Below are positions 47,318 through 64,000 of a stretch of 64,000 nucleotides of DNA, in pieces. Position 1 is the stretch's first letter. Each line of letters begins with the position of its first letter. The translations under genes and the position numbers were made by a program. The stretch comes from Sphaerodactylus townsendi (taxonomy: Eukaryota): positions 25,916,001-25,980,000 of the forward strand of contig NC_059439.1 of assembly GCF_021028975.2 (NCBI RefSeq), read 5' to 3'. Under the pieces are notes generated by a model that made no database searches, was not told the DNA's origin, and saw nothing but the letters and a program-made list of their open reading frames with translations.

Positions 47318-49590
47318 CCTGGGCCCTATTCTGGGGGTGGTCTACAGGGGGGAGCCACCGCTGCCCTGCTGTCAGCCACCCTAGCCACTGTCCTGAAGCC
47401 CCTACTAACCCTGGGTTGTCCCTGATCCCTCATGCTGCTAAGATACAGGCAAGCTAGAAGGAGATCGTTTGTAGAATGATGGAGGCTCCAACCATGGTAC
47501 AGCAGATCCCATCACAGGAAGTGATCATCTGTAGGACATTCAGGGAACCCGACAGCCTGCAGTTGATTATTCTTCCTTATTCGCATGTTGCCTGGATGAT
47601 TCTGGAGTTCTGTCTTGGAGTTCCGTCCCCAAGAATCACTTACTGGTCCCTTGAGCTGTTACCTATTTCTCCACCCCCCAGTTCTGTATCCCAGAACTGC
47701 TCATAACAACAGTTTAAAGACTGCCGAATCCAGGTTGAGAAATTCCTGGACATTTGAAGAGTGGAACCTGGAAAAGGGAGGGTTTGAGGAAGTGGGGTGG
47801 GGGGGGACCTCAGTTGGGTATGATGCCATTGAGTTCGCCCTCCAGATCAGCCATTTTCTCCATGAGAACTTGCAGCTCAATCCAGGTCCGTGGGCCAAAT
47901 GGCCTTAGGAAGTGGCAGGGGGCTGCGCCAACATATTTGCCCCCTCTGCTGGCGTAAGGGCAGTGGCGGGATTCAGCAGGTTCGCACCAGTTCGGCAGAA
48001 CCGGTTGCAAAGAAATAGTTGTTAAATTATTGGAACCCCACCACCGGAACTGGTTGATAAATTATTTTAATACCACCAATGCGTAAGGGGCATCCCCACC
48101 AGAGGAGGGAATAAACATGTCAGCGTCCAGCTGCCCCCCCCCCCCCGGTCTATGGCAGGCAAACCTAGAAATTGGGGCCACCATGGAGCTATGCTGGTGA
48201 TCGAGTGAACACCAGCAAAGGGGGAGGGGCAGGCTGGGGCATCCCTGGGGGGAGGGTGCCAACATTATTTCCCTTCCGCCAGCATTCAAGTCCTCCAGGC
48301 CCACAGGCTTTCACCACACTTTTGTGCGGCGTACGCCTGTTTTCAAATAACCCTCCTTCCCATGCTGCCCCTGAAGAGGTGGCGCAGCGCCGCCTTTGTG
48401 ACACAATCCCCAGCTTCCTCTGAGCTCCTCATCTTCATCTGGATTGCAGTGTTACTGCCGAAGTCTGAAGATCAGTTGTGTAATTCTGGGAGATCTGCAG
48501 GCCCCACTTGAATGTTGGCACAGGGGCGTATCTTGGAGGGGCCGAGGGAGGTCGTGACCGAGGCACTGTGCACATGGTGGGCGCATTTGGCTGTCATGTG
48601 GGGGTGCATTTGGCTGCCTCCACTCCTCCTCTGGGCCGGACTGGCCAGCATTTGGGATTTGGGCGAGAAAGGCCACGGCCCTAACATTCCTCCCTCCAGT
48701 GTGCTGCATGAGAAAGTGAGCTGCTCTCTCTCCCTCTTTCTTTCTTTCTGTCTTTCTCTTTCCCTCTTTTTCGGTCTCGCTTTCTCTCCCTCTTTCTCTG
48801 TCTTTCTCCCTCCCTCTTTCTCTGGCTCATTCCGCACATGCAGAATAATGCACTTTGAAACTGCTTTCAGTGCTCTTTGAAGCTGTGCGGAATGGCAAAA
48901 TCCACTTGCAAACAGTTGTGAAAGTGGTTTGAAAACGCATTATTTTGCGTGTGCGGAAGGGGCCTAGGTGTCTTTCATTGTCTCCTGTGCAAGAGCAGTG
49001 CTGGTGAGTGGAGGCTGCGAGAGTGGGGAGGGGAGGCTCCGATTCTCCTCCATGTGGGGGTTTGGTAAAGGGCTGGGCAGCCACATAGACCCTCTCACCA
49101 GCCCGATGCTTGGGGGGGGGGGGGGGGCAAAATCCGTTCTTGCCTTGGCAAAACTTAGAATCGCAGTTCTCTGGAGCCAGTGAGTCCTTTGCTGGTCTTG
49201 CAGTCATACTCTGGAGCCGGACTCGTTGACACCAAACTCTCCAAAGCAAAAAAAAGAGTAAATAAAATAAAAAGACCCTGCAAGAAAAGGTCTATTCCTA
49301 AGACCTACAAAGTGGCCACAGGACTTGATGCACACCACAGTCATTATTTACAGATTCTAAGCTCTCAGCCCTGCTATTGTGTGCCTCTGGACTCACCCAC
49401 AGAATCCAGCAGTCCTGGTTCTCAGCTTTCGCCCATTCCTCTCTGAACCCACCTTTATTGTTCCACCAAAGCATCCAAGACATTTCGCATTCATTTTTTG
49501 AAAGTTCATGTTTATTGAAACAAAAGAGGAAAGTGAGAAAGGGGAATGCTGCTTGGCAGGAGAAGTCCTCGATGAGGTATATTTCTGAGT

Positions 49591-55945
<6,355 letters not shown>

Positions 55946-56458
55946 GGTGCTCCTTCAGGCTGAGGGTATGAATATTATGTGTTCTGCCTCAAAGAAAATA
56001 GCACCCTTTTAATTCCTTCGTCCTGGAGTCTTTTTCAGACTGCGTCTCTGAGATGAAGCGTTTATTTTGTTTCTTGATGTGTGCAGCTCAAATCCTTCTG
56101 TCTCCTTCGTGTCAGCTTAGAGGGAATAGCAGTCTCTCAAGTGTGATTTTGTAAAAATGTACGAAAGTTAAACACCAGGAAATGGCCTGGGCCGTCTCCT
56201 TTTATCCCTGCCCGTATTTCGCAAGCCTTTTGAATCCATGAGAAAAGCTGGACTGGATAAAAGCCAAGCTGGAGCTTTCTACATCCTGCTACTCACTTGA
56301 CTTTGGATTGTTTCCAGAATCCTCACAGAGACAGTAAGGTCGTTTCTGCACGGTACAAATATCCCAGGTTGAGCAGAGAAAATATCCCAGTTTGGTCAAG
56401 AAGTTTGTATGGTTCCCGGTCCTAAAGTATTTCCTCCCGATTCCTTCACAGAAACGGG

Positions 56459-59400
56459 CAGCCATGTAAAGGGAGAAACCGGGATAAAATAGAGCCGGAT
56501 TGTAAGATACCGACTGTCACCCAGTATAATTGTCCCATGCAGAAATGGCCTAAGACTTTTGGCTTCCACTATGAGACCAGGAACCTTCAGTTGCCATAGA
56601 GGATATCCAGAGTTTCACATGTTTTTTATGCCTCCCCCTGTCAAACCAGAAACAAAGATGAATGATCCCAAATACCCCAAAGCCCTCCAGCATTCTGCTA
56701 TATGACTTCAGCTCAGCACCAGAATATCATAATTAGTGTCAAAAGAAGATTGAGACTAGGAAGGGCGGACACGAAGGAGCCATTGCATATCCTATTATCA
56801 TACTGTCTATGAGTATGAAAAGTTGGACAATGGAGAAAGCTGACAGGACAAATTAGATCCCTTTGAAATGTGGTGTAGGAAAAGAACGTTAAGGACACCA
56901 TGGACTGCCCAAAAGACAGATCACTGGGTTCCAAATAAATTCATAATTACTCCGAGTTCCCAGTTAAATTGCATTTACAATCCAGATTTATTCAAGCTCG
57001 CAGGCAAAGTCTGAGCTGCAAAACATTTATGATTGCAATCACAGCAGTAATAATCAGATACCAAAGTGCCTTTATAGGCATTTGAACAATAATCATTATT
57101 CGGTTTTTAAATGTGTGGCAACTGATAGAACGCAGACAGCAAGGCATGAAACGGTTCCAGGTTTCTCTTTGCTGAGCGTCTTTGAATGCACGATGCCGTC
57201 ACGTTGCAGCCAACTTGTTGTGACCCCTTCGGGTTTTCAAGGCAAGAGACAAACACAGGTGGTTTGCCAATTTTTCCTCTGCAGAGAAATCCTGGGCTTC
57301 CTTGGTGATCTCCCATCCAAGTACCAAAGGGGTGACTTTGCCATGATTTGACAAGATCAGGCTAGCCTGGCCCATCTGTGTTAGGGCCTTGTGGTGTAGT
57401 GGTTAAGAGCAAGTGGATTCTAATCTAGAGAACTGGGTTTGATTCCCCACTCCTCCACCTGAGTGGCGGAGGTTCATCTGGTGAACCAGATGTGTTTCTG
57501 CCCTCCTATATTCCTGCTGGGTGACCTTGGGCTAGTCTCAGTTCTTCAGAACTCTCTCAGACGCACCTACCTCACACGGTGTCTGTTGTGGGGAGAGGAA
57601 GGGAAAGGAACTTGTAAGCCACCTCGCGCCTCCTTACAAGAGAGAAAGGTGGGATAAATCCAAACTCTTCTAAGCACAGACATTTTTAAACATGTTAAGG
57701 AGAAGAAGAAGAAGAAGAAGAAGAAGAAGAGGAGGAGGAGGAGGAGGAGGAGGAGGAGGAGGAGGAGTTTGGATTTATATCCCCCCTTTCTCTCCTGTAG
57801 GAGACTCAAAGGAGCTTACAATCTCCTTGCCCTTCCCCCCTCACAACAAACACCCTGTGAGGTAGGTGCGGCTGAGAGAGCTCCGAGAAGCTGTGACTAG
57901 CCAAGGTCACCCAGCTGGCGTGTGTGGGAGTGTACAGGCTAATCTGAATTCCCCAGATAAGCCTCCACAGCTCAGGTGGCAGAGTAGAGAATCAAACCCA
58001 GTTCCTCCAGATTAGATACACGAGCTTTTAACCTACTACGCTACTGCTGCTCCTAGCATCAAGCAGCAAACCGAACTGCTGAACAGTTGATTGCTCTGGT
58101 AATAAATGATGATGTTAGTGGTCAATGACCCATCATTGTAAATATTAATATAGAAATTCTTACTATACTTGCATAATAAATAACCATCAAGTGATGACAA
58201 GACTTTGCCCAGAATCTTAAGTTGTTAACTACCGCCTGGAGCTCGCACCAGCGTCCAGGTCTACCACACAGAGCCACCGCCAGCATCCAGGTCTACCACA
58301 GCCATGTAAAGGGAGAAACCGGGATAAAATAGAGCCGGATTGTAAGATACCGACTGTCACCCAGTATAATTGTGCCATGCAGAAATGGCCTAAGACTTTT
58401 GGCTTCCACTATGAGACCAGGAACCTTCAGTTGCCATAGAGGATATCCAGAGTTTCACATGTTTTTTATGCCTCCCCCTGTCAAACCAGAAACAAAGATG
58501 AATGATCCCAAATACCCCAAAGCCCTCCAGCATTCTGCTATATGACTTCAGCTCAGCACCAGAATATCATAATTAGTGTCAAAAGAAGATTGAGACTAGG
58601 AAGGGCGGACACGAAGGAACCATTGCATATCCTATTACTGTGTTTGAGTATGGAAGTTGGACAATGGAAGAAGCTGACAGGACAAATTAGATCCCTTTGA
58701 AATGTGGTGTAGGAAAAGAACGTTATGGACACCATGGACTGCCCAAAAGACAGATCACTGGGTTCCAAATAAATTCATAATTACTCCGAGTTCCCAGTTA
58801 AATTGCATTTACAATCCAGATTTATTCAAGCTCGCAGGCAAAGTCTGAACTGCAAAACATTTATGATTGCAATCACAGCAGTAATAATCAGACACCAAAG
58901 TGCCTTTATAGGCATTTGAACAATAATCATTATTCGGTTTTTAAATGTGTGGCAACTGATAGAACGCAGACAGCAAGGCATGAAACAGTTCCAGGTTTCT
59001 CTTTGCTAAGTGGGTGTGAACGCACGATGCCGTCACGTTGTAGCCAACTTGTTGTGACCCCTTCAAGTTTTCAAGGCAAGAGACGAACACAGGTGGTTTG
59101 CCAATTCTTCCTCTGCAGAGAAATCCTGGGCTTCCTTGGTGATCTCCCATCCAAGTACCAAATGGGTGACTTTGCCATGATTTGACAAGATCAGACTAGC
59201 CTGGCCCATCTGTGTTAGGGCCTTGTGGTGTAGTGGTTAAGAGCAGGTTGATTCTAATCTAGAGAACCGGGTTTGATTCCCCTGAGTGGCAGAGGCTTAT
59301 CTGGTGAACCAGATGTGTTTCTGCCCTCCTGTATTCCTGCTGGGTGACCTTGGGGTAGTCTCAATTCTTCAGAACTCTCTCAGACCCACCTACCTCACAA

Positions 59401-60191
59401 GGTGTCTGTTGTGGGGAGAGGAAGGGAAAGGAACTTGTAAGCCACCTTGCGTCTCCTTACAAGAGAGAAAGGTGGGATAAATCCAAACTCTTCTAAGCAC
59501 AGACNNNNNNNNNNNNNNNNNNNNNNNNNNNNNNNNNNNNNNNNNNNNNNNNNNNNNNNNNNNNNNNNNNNNNNNNNNNNNNNNNNNNNNNNNNNNNNNN
59601 NNNNNNNNNNNNNNNNNNNNNNNNNNNNNNNNNNNNNNCCCCCTTTCTCTCCTGTAGGAGACTCAAAGGGGCTTACAATCTCCTTGCCCTTCCCCCCCTC
59701 ACAACAAACACCCTGTGAGGTAGGTACGGCTGAGAGAGCTCTGAGAAGCTGTGACTAGCCCAAGGTCACCCAGCTGGCGTGTGTGGGAGTGTACAGGCTA
59801 ATCTGAATCCCCCGGATAAGCCTCCACAGCTCAGGTGGAAGAGCAGAGAATCAAACCCAGTTCCTCCAGATTAGATACACGAGCTCTTAACCTACTACGC
59901 CACTGGTGCTCCTAGCATCAAGCAGCAAACCGAACTGCTGAACAGCTGATTGCTCTGGTAATAAATGATGATGTTAGTGGTCAATGACCCATCATTGTAA
60001 ATATTAATATAGAAATTCTCACTGTACTTGCATAATAAATAACCATCAAGTGATGACAAGACTTTGCCCAGAATCTTAAGTTGTTAACTACCGCCTGGAG
60101 CCCAAGCCAGCATCCAGGTCCACTGCCTGGAGCTCGCACCAGCATCCAGGTCTACCACACAGAGCCACCGCCAGCATCCAGGTCTACCACA
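56459..60191. repeat. Tandem segmental duplication, period ~1840 bp
   Basis: gccatgtaaagggagaaacc starts at 56461 and 58301; both copies carry the same RTE fragment and the same tail-to-tail SINE pair. Confidence 0.9.
56780..56935 (+). mobile_element. RTE/BovB-like LINE fragment (second copy at ~58620-58770)
   Basis: Degenerate ESWTMEKADR..FEMWCRKRTLRTPWTAQK-like remnant. Confidence 0.55.
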
Positions 60192-60884
60192 CAGAGCTGG
60201 TGCCGGCGCCCAGGTCTATGCGCACCCGGGGACATAGGTTGCCCCATGTCCCCGTTGGTGGTACGCCTCTGAGTGTGGGAGCCAGAGTGGTGCAATGGTT
60301 AAGAGCAGTGGAGTCAAATCTCTCAGTTTGTAAGACCTGAGCAAGGCTGGTGACAACAGGACCTTTTGGAGGACACTGATTCTAAGGCCTCTTCCACGCA
60401 TGCAGAATGCACTTTCAATCCACTTTCAATGTACTTTGCAGCTAGATTTTACTGTGCGGAATAGTGAAATCCGCTTGCAAACAATTGTGAAAGTGGACTG
60501 AAAGTGCATTATTTTGCATGTGCGGAAGAGGTCTTTACTGTGTGGGATAGTGAAACCCGCTTGCAGACAATTGTGAAAGTGGACTGAAAGTGCATTATTT
60601 TGCATGTGCGGGCCATAGGGTTGCCATGAGTTGGAAGCAACTTGACAGCACTTTACAAACACACCCATGGCCTGCTATGCTTGGCCCCAGCTTCACCCAG
60701 TGAACCCTGATATCCTACTTGCCAGATTTCTTTTACTCTTCCCAAAACCTATTGTTATTGTTCCTTCCAATACATCTGAGTCATTTCACACGGAGCATTT
60801 AATAGCACCCACTTTCATGATTACAAAAAATGCAAAGCATTCGCTCCAGGAAAAGAAAATCCCATGGAAGATGATTCTTTGAGT

Positions 60885-63944
<3,060 letters not shown>

Positions 63945-64000
63945 CTATAAGGACACCAGATGTAGGATGGGAAAGTTAGTTTTGAAGCAGTAAACTTAAA

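Overview
Vertebrate genomic DNA. The repeat content (Squam/Sauria-type SINEs, CR1, hAT and Harbinger MITEs) points to a squamate, probably a gecko (inference). All genes are on the minus strand. (1) A tandem cluster of six cytosolic SULT1-family sulfotransferase genes. Five are complete 7-coding-exon genes (A 6667-10046, B 14221-20725, C 21891-26579, D 37136-45667, E 49591-55945) and one lacks exons 1-2 in this window (F 60885->63944). They form two sequence subgroups, A-C and D-F. (2) The first seven coding exons of an uncharacterised dynamin/EHD-like P-loop GTPase gene (893-4883), with a CpG-rich promoter; the gene runs off the left edge. Exon boundaries were read by hand from GT/AG sites and conserved exon lengths (129/98/127/95/181/113 nt). 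Notable structure: a duplicated last exon after SULT gene A; an orphan, inactivated copy of gene D exon 4 embedded in SINE sequence; a LINE whose target-site duplication duplicates a splice donor; a CR1 inserted 12 nt from a splice acceptor; a Penelope-type palindromic insert carrying a complete minimal hammerhead ribozyme motif; two related solo LTRs; a non-autonomous Helitron; a 58/64-bp minisatellite; and a ~1.84-kb tandem duplication. Most ORFs in the supplied track are spurious repeat- or intron-derived frames.
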